Notes under the pieces: model-generated | Told to the model about the DNA's origin: nothing | Database searches by the model: none | What the model saw: only the letters and a program-made list of their open reading frames with translations | Position numbers and translations under genes: made by a program | Virus record (IMG/VR): IMGVR_UViG_2934965791_000001 | Coordinates: 35,285-99,284 of that record | Direction: 5' to 3' (one strand) | Source: a virus | Taxonomy: Duplodnaviria; Caudoviricetes | DNA length: 64,000 nucleotides | In this document: in pieces, positions 29,129-37,635 of the stretch | How the letters are laid out: each line of letters begins with the position of its first letter | How positions within the stretch are numbered: the stretch's first letter is position 1

Positions 29129-30265
29129 TCAGGAACCGGTGAGGGCGGTCACGTTGGTCGAGCCGAGGGCCGCCAGATTCGGCTTCTTCGCCTCCAGTTC
29201 GCCGCGCAGCTTGTTCGCGTGCTGCCGGGACGTGAACCGGTACTTGATCTCCTTGAGGCGGTCGACCATCTCGGACTCCAGGGGGCGGCGTCCGAGTTCG
29301 CCGTAGAGCGCCTCGATAGCGGTCTTCGCGTCGGCGCGGGTGACCTTCCCGGGGCGCTTCGGGAGCGTCTTGCGGGGCGCCTTCACCGTGCTGGTCGGGG
29401 CGCTCTGGGGCGCCGTCGGGGCGGGGGCCTGGGGCGCTCCGGGAGCGCCGGTCGGAGCGCTCTGGGGCGCTCCGGGAGCGGGCGCCGGGGCGCTCTGGGG
29501 TGCCTTGGTCAGCGACACCGGAGCGGGGTTCGGGGCGCTCTGGGGCGCCGCTGAAGCATGGGTTGGGGGCGCCTTCGGAGCGGGCACCGGAGCGCTCTGG
29601 GGCGTCGCCGGGGACGTCGCGGGAGCGGCGGCCGGGGCGCTCTGGGAGCGGGTGTCGGAGCGCTCCGAAGGCGCTCCCGCAGCGGCGTTCTGGGCGGCCT
29701 GCTGGAGCGGTTCCGGGAGTTCCAGGCCGAGCACGTACGCCCGCAGGATGGCCCAGGTGCCCTTCCGGTCGAACACCCACCGGAGCGGGTGGAGCCGGGG
29801 TGCGGTCCGTCCGTTGCGGCGGGCGGCTGCGGCGCGGGCCTCGGACATCAGACCCTCGAAGAGGATCACCGCCGACGGCGGCATGCACGACGCCACGATC
29901 CGGCCGAGGTCGTCGTCGATGTGCTCGTAGTTGATCCACGAGGACAGGCCCGTGAAGGCGACGATGAGGAGGCGCCACACCGTGGCGGGCCGGCCGTGGG
30001 TCGCGGCCCGGGCCACGACGATGGACAGGCCGGCGGGGGCGCCATCGAACGTGATGGGCACCAGCCACGCCGTGGAGCGGCTGAGGTCCATGTGTTCCAT
30101 GCCGAACTGGTGCAGGCCGATGAAGGACGCTGCCCAGCCGGAGGCGGCGACGACCAGGACGAGGGCGAAGCCGAAGCCGCCGAGGCCGGTGTCCCGGGCC
30201 CAGAGGGCCGCGTCGCGGACACGTTCGGTCCACCGGGCGCGGGTACTGGGCATGTTCGCGGGCAA
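29129..30265 (-). CDS. DUF2637/SpdB-like membrane protein with PQSAP repeats
   Basis: Four TM helices ('AWLVPITFDG'); 'PRLHPLRW'; repeated APQSAP linker. Family name is tentative. Confidence 0.65.
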   Translation of the reverse strand: MPANMPSTRARWTERVRDAALWARDTGLGGFGFALVLVVAASGWAASFIGLHQFGMEHMDLSRSTAWLVPITFDGAPAGLSIVVARAATHGRPATVWRLLIVAFTGLSSWINYEHIDDDLGRIVASCMPPSAVILFEGLMSEARAAAARRNGRTAPRLHPLRWVFDRKGTWAILRAYVLGLELPEPLQQAAQNAAAGAPSERSDTRSQSAPAAAPATSPATPQSAPVPAPKAPPTHASAAPQSAPNPAPVSLTKAPQSAPAPAPGAPQSAPTGAPGAPQAPAPTAPQSAPTSTVKAPRKTLPKRPGKVTRADAKTAIEALYGELGRRPLESEMVDRLKEIKYRFTSRQHANKLRGELEAKKPNLAALGSTNVTALTGS

Positions 30266-30303
30266 GGTGGGCGCTCCTTCGGTGAGGGGGGTCGACGGGG
30301 CGG

Positions 30304-30480
30304 TCAGTCGAGTGGGCGGACGGTGACGTCGAGGTTCCGCGGGTCGGTTTTCGCGGCCTCCACGCGCTGGTTGAGGTCGGTGCGGCTGTAGACCGTCACG
30401 GCGTCGTGGTCGGCGCCCGTGATCTGGTTAACGGGGTCGCCGGTGCGGGACCGGGCGGACAGTTCCCACTTGCTCGTCAT
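30304..30480 (-). CDS. Small hypothetical protein, first gene of the transfer operon
   Basis: ATG at 30480 after GAGGAG; 58 aa MTSKWELSARSRTGD...; below the ORF-track cutoff. Confidence 0.55.
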   Translation of the reverse strand: MTSKWELSARSRTGDPVNQITGADHDAVTVYSRTDLNQRVEAAKTDPRNLDVTVRPLD

Positions 30481-30500
30481 GCCGGGCTCCTCAGAGTTGA

Positions 30501-30571
30501 GGTTGTACTACTCAGAAGTACAACCCTGGGTAAAAAAAGAGGGAGTCAGTTGTACGACTCAGTTGTACAAC
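30501..30571. promoter_or_regulatory. Two GTTGTAC-N9-GTACAAC operators upstream of the transfer operon
   Basis: 30502-30524 and 30549-30571, separated by an A-tract. Confidence 0.75.
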
Positions 30572-30618
30572 GTACTCCGGGTCCGATGAACCGTCAACCG
30601 TTGCGACAATCGGGGGAG

Positions 30619-30873
30619 TTACTCAGCCGGCGGCACGTCGCGCACGTTCGGCTGGTCGGCGCGGGCGCGCCGCCACTGTTCGATCTTCGACTTTCGCCAG
30701 CTTGGGGTACGCCCGAAGCTCTTGTCGGGCTCGGGTAGATCGGCATCGGTAGCGATGCCGGCCGCACGGCGCTGGTTCGCCCGGCTGTTGTAGGTACGCA
30801 GGGTTCCGGGCCGCACGCCGATCAGTTCCGCCACCTCGTCCATGTCGAGCAGCGGGTCATCCTGGTCGGTCAC
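30619..30873 (-). CDS. AlpA/MerR-like HTH regulator (Kor-like candidate)
   Basis: 'LLDMDEVAELIGVRPGTLRTY...LPEPD...GRTPSW'. Confidence 0.75.
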   Translation of the reverse strand: MTDQDDPLLDMDEVAELIGVRPGTLRTYNSRANQRRAAGIATDADLPEPDKSFGRTPSWRKSKIEQWRRARADQPNVRDVPPAE

Positions 30874-31001
30874 GTTGCGCCCTTTCCGTCGTCGTCCACC
30901 TGAATGGGACAACCGTAGCGCCGGGCGGTCGACGGAGAGTAGCGAGTCGAGTCTCATCACACCTCCTTTCGATCAGTGGAACAGGGCTACACCTCTGGAG
31001 C

Positions 31002-31024
31002 GTTGTACATCTGAGTTGTACAAT
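31002..31024. promoter_or_regulatory. Third GTTGTAC-N9-GTACAA operator
   Basis: gttgtacatctgagttgtacaat between the HTH gene and the replication gene. Confidence 0.7.
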
Positions 31025-31199
31025 CCCGCAAGCGTCGCAGGTCAGAAGGCCGGGCGCGAGAAAACGAAAGGCCGCCGGGGTGGAGCCCGACGGCCGATCG
31101 AAGTAGCGGCGGGGTGGTGCCCGCCATGACGTCCCTGCGAAGGAACACGAAGATGGTACTGAACTACGCCGCCGGCGCGCACCCATCGACGGTGACCCG

Positions 31200-32246
31200 G
31201 TGAGCCTGGACCCGATGCTGTGGGCCCTCAAGGACGCCCCCGTCGCCGACACCCTTGAGCGGGTCGTTCTGGTCACGCTCGCCGAGCGGTGCGCCCGGGC
31301 CGACGGCTGCACGGCGTTCCCGTCGCGCGACACGATCGCGGAGACCGCCCTCGCCGACCCGAAGACCGTGCAGCGCGTGCTGCGCCGGCTGGAGACCCGG
31401 GGCCTTATCGGCAAGGGCGACCAGTCCGCGGCCCGCTACCTCCGCGCCGACCGCCGGCCGACCGTCTGGGACCTCCTGATCCCGTACTCGTGGTTCCCGA
31501 ACCCGGAGCGGATGAACGCCGAGCGCGCCCAGGCGGGCCTGCCTCCGCTGACGCGGGCCGACCGCCCCGACATCGAGTCGGCGCCGGAGCGGAAGAAGCG
31601 CGCCGACGCGGGAAAGACCAGGTCAAAGGCACGGGGGGATTCACAGTCCCCTCGTGACGAGGGGGACGGGGGGACTACCAGTCCCGAACGGGGGGACTAT
31701 GAGTCCCACACGGGGGGACTTGAAGCCCCCCGAACCTCCCCTAAGAACCTCCCCTCTGATTCCCCCCTCCTGGACGCCGCGCCGACGCCGGCCACGCCAG
31801 CCGCCGCGGTGGTGCCGGACGAGGTAGGGGGAGAAGACCCTTCAACGACAGACGACCCCGCTACCGCCTTCGTCGACGCCCTCCCCTACGGCCGCCAGGT
31901 GCCGAACCGTTCCACCCGGGAACGCCTCATCACCCGGACCCGGGACGCGTACGCCGCCGGCTGGACCCCGCTCGCCTTGAAGCGCCACCTCACCGACGAC
32001 ACCCGCAGCGCGAAGTCTCTGGTGGCCGTGTACCTGCACCGCCTCGCCGAACTCCCGGACCCGAAGGCCGTGGTCGCGTCCGTCGCCGCCGATGCGACGT
32101 ACACGCCGCCGACGTACAACGCACCGGCCGCGCCCGACGCCGTCCCGCCGAACGTCGCGCTGGCGGCCGCCCGGGCCGCGATGCGTGAGGCCCGCGACGG
32201 TCGGGCGCGCGGCCGGGATCACCGCCCGTGGATGCCGACCGACTGA
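31200..32246 (+). CDS. wHTH replication initiator (replisome organiser-like)
   Basis: 'RVVLVTLAE...AFPSRDTIAE...TVQRVLRRLETRGLI'; internal iterons. Confidence 0.7.
   Translation: MSLDPMLWALKDAPVADTLERVVLVTLAERCARADGCTAFPSRDTIAETALADPKTVQRVLRRLETRGLIGKGDQSAARYLRADRRPTVWDLLIPYSWFPNPERMNAERAQAGLPPLTRADRPDIESAPERKKRADAGKTRSKARGDSQSPRDEGDGGTTSPERGDYESHTGGLEAPRTSPKNLPSDSPLLDAAPTPATPAAAVVPDEVGGEDPSTTDDPATAFVDALPYGRQVPNRSTRERLITRTRDAYAAGWTPLALKRHLTDDTRSAKSLVAVYLHRLAELPDPKAVVASVAADATYTPPTYNAPAAPDAVPPNVALAAARAAMREARDGRARGRDHRPWMPTD
31632..31730 (+). repeat. Four iterons CGGGGGGA(C/T)T-N3-AG(T/C)CCC, putative origin
   Basis: Copies at 31632, 31667, 31689, 31711; the last three have a 22-bp period. Confidence 0.75.
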
Positions 32247-32252
32247 ACCGAC

Positions 32253-32295
32253 CAGCTGACGGCCCCAATCGGTGAGCGATCGGGGCCGTCAGCTG
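32253..32295. terminator. Hairpin after the replication gene
   Basis: cagctgacggcccc...ggggccgtcagctg. Confidence 0.5.
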
Positions 32296-32321
32296 TCGCA
32301 CCCCCCTCTTAGCCTGGGGAG

Positions 32322-32507
32322 ATGACGATGCCCGCCCCCACCACGCTCAGCGACGCCGAGCGCAAGATGTTGACCTTCGCCCTCGACCAGGCCCAGGAAC
32401 GGATCTGGCTGGAGGACGGGTTCACCGACGGAGACCAGGCCGCTATCGACTCGCTGCGCCGCCTGACCGAATCAGCGGCCGACCCGGGACGCGAGGACGT
32501 GCAGTAG
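32322..32507 (+). CDS. Hypothetical protein
   Basis: 61 aa; GGGAG RBS. Confidence 0.5.
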   Translation: MTMPAPTTLSDAERKMLTFALDQAQERIWLEDGFTDGDQAAIDSLRRLTESAADPGREDVQ

Positions 32508-32592
32508 CGCGACGAGGGTCCCGGAGCCGGCCAGTTCACCGCGGGCCATGAGGCCGGGCACGTCAGCCAGGGGAACCCAGACGACGCGGGAA
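32472..32592 (-). pseudogene. Probable C-terminal remnant of a Nudix-hydrolase gene
   Basis: 'RVVWVPLADVPGLMARGELAGSGTLVALLHVLA' resembles actinobacterial Nudix C-termini; no Nudix box or plausible N-terminus. Confidence 0.45.
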
Positions 32593-32713
32593 CGACGACG
32601 GGCCCCGACCGGTGCGGTCGGGGCCCGTAATGGGGTGGGAGTGCTGGCTAGTTGGCGGCTTCCGGGATGGCGCCGGCGGCGGGGGCGTCGAAGGGCATGG
32701 GGTGGTCTCGTGG

Positions 32714-33010
32714 TCACACCTTCTTCCGGGCGCGATCCTTGGCCTTCTTCTCGGCCTCCTTCTTGAGCTCGGCGCCGCGCTTGACGATCTGCTCACGCAT
32801 CTCGGCCGGCGGCCGCTTCGGCATGGTGGCGCCGGGCTCACGGTTGAACCAGGCGATGTACTCGCGCAGGTTCTCGGCGCGCTCGGAGCCGCCGCCGACG
32901 GCGCCGCCGCCCATCAGCTCAAGCGCGGCTTGGAACTCGTACCACTCGTCGCCGATACGGACCTGGCGGGGCGGGGTGTGCGTGTCCTTCAGGTAGCCGG
33001 GTGTCATCAT
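32714..33010 (-). CDS. Ribbon-helix-helix-like repressor (candidate regulon master regulator)
   Basis: 'TPPRQVRIGDEWYEF...ERAENLREYIAWF' fits a beta-alpha-alpha pattern; divergent from the array; operator in its own promoter. Confidence 0.65.
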   Translation of the reverse strand: MMTPGYLKDTHTPPRQVRIGDEWYEFQAALELMGGGAVGGGSERAENLREYIAWFNREPGATMPKRPPAEMREQIVKRGAELKKEAEKKAKDRARKKV

Positions 33011-33048
33011 GCCGGCCACCGTACAGGTCATGTAGCTACATGCGCAAG
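33011..33048 (-). promoter_or_regulatory. Promoter of the RHH-like gene with an internal TGTAGCTACA box (probably leaderless)
   Basis: Minus strand TTGCGC-N18-TACGGT, 7 nt before ATG; box at 33031-33040. Confidence 0.7.
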
Positions 33049-33094
33049 CGGCACACGCATTCGGCGTGTAGGTACACACTCCCAGACACAGCGC

Positions 33095-33135
33095 TTGACG
33101 CGTAGCTACACGATGCCCTTACTATGTAGCTACAC
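33095..33135 (+). promoter_or_regulatory. Twin-operator promoter P1
   Basis: TTGACG cgtagctaca ... TACTAT gtagctacac (19-bp spacer); extra variant box at 33067. Confidence 0.75.
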
Positions 33136-33175
33136 GGGCCGCCGGGGAGCGGCCCCGACCGAAGGAGCATCGACC

Positions 33176-34738
33176 ATGAGCACCACTTCCGAAATGCGGG
33201 CTGTGATGCGGCAGTACGACCTCACGGAGCCGATGGTGCGCGCCGTCTTCAGCGGCGCCGACGACGCCGTCATCGACTGCAACTGGCGCACCGAAGCCGC
33301 TCTCGTCGAGCGCCGGCTGATGCACCGCACCATGTCGAACCTGACCCCGGAGGGCCGAGATGTCCTCGTCGCCCTCAAGGCCGCCGAAGGCGTCATCGAA
33401 CTGGCCGCGCCGGCCCCGGTCCAGGCGCCGGCCCCGAAGGTCGTCGAGGGCGTCATCGTCTCCCACGCCGGCACGGCGAAGGGCTGCCTCCCGAAGCACG
33501 TCGACGACTCCGACACCCGCGCCGCGATCGAGGCCCTGGACAACCTCAAGCTTGCCGAACTCGCCGACCACTTCGAGCCCGACGAGGGCACCGACGTGCG
33601 CGGCTTCATGGTCGAGCCCCGCGGTAACGGCCGGGTCGCCCTGTACTGGGTGTTCGGCGGCAGCATCCGCGACCACAACCGCGAGCCCTGGAAGGTAGAG
33701 CTGGAGATCGGCGCCGACAAGCTCCGGAAGGCCGGATGGCGGATCGAGCCGAAGTCGGTGTTCTGCGTGTTCGCCTGGCGCCCCATCGCCGAGACGATGC
33801 ACGAGGACGCCGTCCGGATGGAGAACGACGCCGCCGCTCGCCTGCCCCAGCTCAAGAACGGCGACTACGTCGAAGCCGAGACCGTCTCCGACATGCCGCA
33901 GACCATCAAGGTCACGGTCACCGGTCCAGCGGAGCACGCCCCTGGGGAGTTCGGGACCGTCCTCCGCGACGTGTGGGGCCCGGTTACGGTGAAGACCGAC
34001 AGCGTCCGTGTCATCAACGAGGCGGCGACCGCCCCGGTGCCGCCGATGTCCGCCGCGATGCAGCGGAACATCGACGCCGCCAACGACCTCCTCGCCGGCG
34101 TCGACTTCGGGGAGGACGAGCCCACCGACGCGCCGCTGGCACGGTTCGCGGTCGCCGTCGGCCCCGACGAGCGGATGTGGATCGGGTTCCACGAGTACGA
34201 CCGTGCCCTCCGCTGCGCCACCGAATACGGGCTCGGCGCCGACGCCATCCGCGACCGGCGCGCCCCGGAACGCCTGCGTGACGACCGGTCGTACGCCATC
34301 CAGTGGGGCACGGATGACGGGCAGTGGCACGGCAGCATCGTTTCGTCGGCGATCACCGGTGACGAGATCGGCGCGTACGTCGCGGACGTGCAGGCCCTCG
34401 CCAACCCCGGTGTCACGGTCCGGGCGGTCGAGATCCGGCTGACGCATACCGTCCTCCCGGCGGCCAGCGCGGCGGTGCCGTCCGACGTCGACCACGGCCC
34501 GGTCACCGCCCACACGGTGCGCTCCGGGTGCCGCGTCGACCTGTACGGCGCCGAACGCCTCGTCTACCGGGTCGAGTACCTGCACGCCGGTAACTACCTG
34601 CGGCTCCACACCGTCCCGCCGGCCGGCGAGCACCCCGGCTACTTCACCTTCACCAAGTCGCCCAGCGACCTGGTCGAACTGATCTCCCGCGGCCCGGCGG
34701 TCGACGTCACCGGCCGGCCCGTCGACGACGCCCGCTGA
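33176..34738 (+). CDS. Multi-domain hypothetical protein
   Basis: ATG at 33176 after GAAGGAG; 520 aa. Confidence 0.75.
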   Translation: MSTTSEMRAVMRQYDLTEPMVRAVFSGADDAVIDCNWRTEAALVERRLMHRTMSNLTPEGRDVLVALKAAEGVIELAAPAPVQAPAPKVVEGVIVSHAGTAKGCLPKHVDDSDTRAAIEALDNLKLAELADHFEPDEGTDVRGFMVEPRGNGRVALYWVFGGSIRDHNREPWKVELEIGADKLRKAGWRIEPKSVFCVFAWRPIAETMHEDAVRMENDAAARLPQLKNGDYVEAETVSDMPQTIKVTVTGPAEHAPGEFGTVLRDVWGPVTVKTDSVRVINEAATAPVPPMSAAMQRNIDAANDLLAGVDFGEDEPTDAPLARFAVAVGPDERMWIGFHEYDRALRCATEYGLGADAIRDRRAPERLRDDRSYAIQWGTDDGQWHGSIVSSAITGDEIGAYVADVQALANPGVTVRAVEIRLTHTVLPAASAAVPSDVDHGPVTAHTVRSGCRVDLYGAERLVYRVEYLHAGNYLRLHTVPPAGEHPGYFTFTKSPSDLVELISRGPAVDVTGRPVDDAR

Positions 34739-34742
34739 CCCC

Positions 34743-34771
34743 GGCACGGGCCGCTCGACCCGGTCCGTGCC
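34743..34771 (+). repeat. CTCGAC-loop hairpin
   Basis: ggcacgggccg-ctcgacc-cggtccgtgcc. Confidence 0.7.
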
Positions 34772-34823
34772 CCTCACCGGCCGGCCGCACACCGCGGCCG
34801 GCCCCCACCGAAGGGAACACGAG

Positions 34824-35042
34824 ATGTCTGCTGCTGCCCTGCGGCCCCCGGCCGCCGAGTCGGTCGTCATGCCCACCGACTACGCCGAGTACATGGCGAT
34901 GCGGCGGGAGAACCCGCGCCCGGGCCCGTGCTGCACCACCGCCGGCCCCGTCGAGCACTGGCCGATGTTCCACCGCTGCGGCGGCGGGAACGGCCCCGGC
35001 CGCACGATCCGCCCGCACTGCACGTGTGACCGCTGCTTCTGA
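34824..35042 (+). CDS. Small Cys/His-rich protein
   Basis: AAGGGA RBS; 'HCTCDRCF'. Confidence 0.6.
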   Translation: MSAAALRPPAAESVVMPTDYAEYMAMRRENPRPGPCCTTAGPVEHWPMFHRCGGGNGPGRTIRPHCTCDRCF

Positions 35043-35106
35043 CCTCACCCATCCGGCCGGCCGCCGACACCGGCGGCCGGCCCCGTCCCCGGAAGGGACA
35101 CGCATC

Positions 35107-35502
35107 ATGACCCAGGCACTGGCCGAGATTCCCACCGACGAGGTCGGGCTCATCCGCCTTTTGGAGGCCACGCCGGCCGGCGAGCGCTACGCGATATGCG
35201 AGAGGCTCGAAACGCAGATCGGCGACCAGGCCCGCGCGCACCGGCTGTACGAGCGCGCCGAGGCCGAGGTGCTGCACGGCGAGGCGTGCGAGCGGCTGCG
35301 CCGGCAGCTCACCGCGGCGCTGGACGCGGCCGCCGCCGAACTCCGCAAGGCCGAGGGCCTGATCGTCGACCTGTGCAGCCCGTCGGTGTACGACGTCGAG
35401 TACGCCGAGGGCGCCGGCGCCGACGACCTCCTCCACATGGTCACCACCGCGCACCGTTCGGCCCGTATCGCCGTCACGCTGCAGAAAGCCATCGCGGCAT
35501 GA
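35107..35502 (+). CDS. Hypothetical protein
   Basis: ATG at 35107 after GGAAGGG. Confidence 0.65.
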   Translation: MTQALAEIPTDEVGLIRLLEATPAGERYAICERLETQIGDQARAHRLYERAEAEVLHGEACERLRRQLTAALDAAAAELRKAEGLIVDLCSPSVYDVEYAEGAGADDLLHMVTTAHRSARIAVTLQKAIAA

Positions 35503-35975
35503 GGTGCCGCCTGTTCACCCACTGGTCCGTCGGGCTGGAATCGTGGGTGAACAGCACCGGCTACGCCCCGGACCGCGGGCCGTGGGAGTTCACCGCGTAC
35601 CTGTCGTGCGTGTGGGAGTCCATTCCGGGCGTCGAGGAGTGCGAGGTCTGGTTCTACGACCTCCCGACCGCGCCGGCCCGGGTCGTCGGCGGTCGGATCG
35701 AGGCCCGCATGCATTGGAGCGTCGACGTCCCCACCGAGGCTTGGAGGGCGTGGCGGGCCGAATGGGACCGGGGCGTGCCCGTCGTTCCCGGGGTCCGGCG
35801 TGACGCCCTGCGGTTCCTCGCCCGTGAGCTGTTCGTGTCCGGGGCGATCGCGCCGACGGATGCCGTCCTGACCGTGACCCGGGCCCGTGAGGGGCGCCGG
35901 CCGGCCTGGCAGGCGCTCACCGACCCCGTCCGCGTCTACCGGCCCGAGGATCGCGTCCCCGCCGGCCACCGCTAA
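35499..35975 (+). CDS. Hypothetical protein
   Basis: ATGA coupling to the upstream gene; Trp-rich. Confidence 0.6.
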   Translation: MRCRLFTHWSVGLESWVNSTGYAPDRGPWEFTAYLSCVWESIPGVEECEVWFYDLPTAPARVVGGRIEARMHWSVDVPTEAWRAWRAEWDRGVPVVPGVRRDALRFLARELFVSGAIAPTDAVLTVTRAREGRRPAWQALTDPVRVYRPEDRVPAGHR

Positions 35976-36004
35976 CTGTCACACCCCCCAGGAGAATTGA
36001 CACC

Positions 36005-36277
36005 GTGACCAGTAACAATCTCGTCCTCACGGCCGCCGGCGCCGCCGTCGCCTTCGTCGGCGTCATGGCCGCGGCATGCGGCCCGAGCCCGGTCGGTGCG
36101 CCGTCGTCCGTCGTCGTCGTGCACGACCACCACCACCACGACACCGTGATCGTGCAGCACGGCGGGGCGTCGTCGCGGAAGACGACCAAGTCGACGACGA
36201 CCACGACCAGGCGCAAGGGCCTGTTCGGATCGTCGACAACGACCCGGCGGTCTACGACCACCACCCGGCACCGCTGA
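36005..36277 (+). CDS. Putative lipoprotein
   Basis: Hydrophobic signal ending AAAC; AGGAG RBS. Confidence 0.55.
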   Translation: MTSNNLVLTAAGAAVAFVGVMAAACGPSPVGAPSSVVVVHDHHHHDTVIVQHGGASSRKTTKSTTTTTRRKGLFGSSTTTRRSTTTTRHR

Positions 36278-36342
36278 CCGCACCGCCCCTCCCCTGGAAC
36301 GCCCCGGCCTCCCCGCCGGGGCGTTTCCGTTTCCCCACAGGC

Positions 36343-36381
36343 TTGCGTGTAGCTACACGACGCCTTAGAGTGTAGCTACAC
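36343..36381 (+). promoter_or_regulatory. Twin-operator promoter P2
   Basis: TTGCGT gtagctacac gacgcct TAGAGT gtagctacac. Confidence 0.85.
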
Positions 36382-36414
36382 GGGGTCGCACGGGGCGGCC
36401 GGAAGGAGAACACG

Positions 36415-37110
36415 GTGAACACCACCCACAAGTACGACGAGGAACTGCCGGCCGAGGTCACCGAGGCGGCCGCCGGCGTCGTCGTCATCACCCAGGACGG
36501 CGACCGCCCGCACCACGACGTGTGGATGAACCAGCAGCACATCGGGAGCCTCTTCGACGAGACCGCCGCCAACCTGGCCCGCGGGAACTTCGCCGCCTGG
36601 TCCCCGAAGGGCAGCGGCAAGAACGGCATGGTCGGCTTCTTCGACACCAAGGAGGAGGCCGGCGAGGCCATCGCCCTCCCGTACCGGCCCGTCGGCCCGC
36701 GCGGGATGACCGAGCCCAGCAACCGGAACGACCGCTACAACTACAGCAAGCTGCCCGCCGACCGTCAGGCCGCCGTCGCCGAGCACGCTGCCCGCATGCA
36801 CGCCGAGGGTCGCCTCACCGCCGCCCGCGCCTGGCGGGAGGCCCTGAACGTCGACTGGCGCGACAACATCGCCACCCCCGACGAGGACACCCTCTTCATG
36901 TGCATCGCCGTCAACGGCGGCGAGATCCACACCACGGCAGGCCAGGACGACGACGGCCGCCACGTCTACCCGCTGTGCCGGACCATGGGCCAGAACAGCC
37001 GCCTGACGAAGTACCGGTTCATCACCGGCCGTGACCTCACTTGCCGGACGTGCATCAGGTACCGCGAGAACCGCGCGGCCGCCCGGGCCCGCAAGGTCGC
37101 CGGCGTCTGA
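36415..37110 (+). CDS. Hypothetical protein
   Basis: GAAGGAG RBS; C-terminal CxxC. Confidence 0.75.
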   Translation: MNTTHKYDEELPAEVTEAAAGVVVITQDGDRPHHDVWMNQQHIGSLFDETAANLARGNFAAWSPKGSGKNGMVGFFDTKEEAGEAIALPYRPVGPRGMTEPSNRNDRYNYSKLPADRQAAVAEHAARMHAEGRLTAARAWREALNVDWRDNIATPDEDTLFMCIAVNGGEIHTTAGQDDDGRHVYPLCRTMGQNSRLTKYRFITGRDLTCRTCIRYRENRAAARARKVAGV

Positions 37111-37125
37111 TCCGTCACCCCACGA

Positions 37126-37158
37126 CGCGCCCCGGCCACTCGACCAGGCCGGGGCGCG
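37126..37158 (+). repeat. CTCGAC-loop hairpin
   Basis: cgcgccccggcc-actcgacca-ggccggggcgcg. Confidence 0.85.
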
Positions 37159-37181
37159 CCCGACCTCACGGAAGGATCCGC

Positions 37182-37502
37182 ATAAGTAGCGGCAACCCCT
37201 GCAAGGACCGCCGGGCGCACCGCCCGCACTGGGTCGTCGCCCAGCGCCGGTACAACCAGTCGGCGTTCAACGGCTACCGGGTCACCCCGTCCGACTACTC
37301 CGAGGTCCGCTGCACCGCCCCCGGCTGCCTCGGAGTGTGGCGCACGAAGGCTGCGTTCGTCGACGCGCTCCCCGACGCCTGTGCCGGCTGCGGTCGGCCG
37401 GCCGAGACCCGGTGCCGGGTGTGCCGGCGGCCGCGGTGCCACGGGTGCCAGGCCGACCACCACCACGAGGGCTACGGCACGCCGGCGACGGACAGTCGCT
37501 GA
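37182..37502 (+). CDS. Cys-rich Zn-finger-like protein with apparent ATA start (or start-codon mutant)
   Basis: GGAAGGA RBS then in-frame ATA; multiple CxxC. Confidence 0.45.
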   Translation: MSSGNPCKDRRAHRPHWVVAQRRYNQSAFNGYRVTPSDYSEVRCTAPGCLGVWRTKAAFVDALPDACAGCGRPAETRCRVCRRPRCHGCQADHHHEGYGTPATDSR

Positions 37503-37561
37503 CCCTCGCACCGCCCCGGCGCCGGCCGCCGGGGCGGTCTCGTTTTCCTGCACGACCAGGC

Positions 37562-37601
37562 TTGCGTGTAGCTACACATGCGGGGCAAGCTGTAGCTACA
37601 C
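37562..37601 (+). promoter_or_regulatory. Twin-operator promoter P3
   Basis: TTGCGT gtagctacac atgcgggg CAAGCT gtagctacac. Confidence 0.85.
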
Positions 37602-37635
37602 GCCGGGGCGGCAGCCCCCGACCGAAGGAGACACC

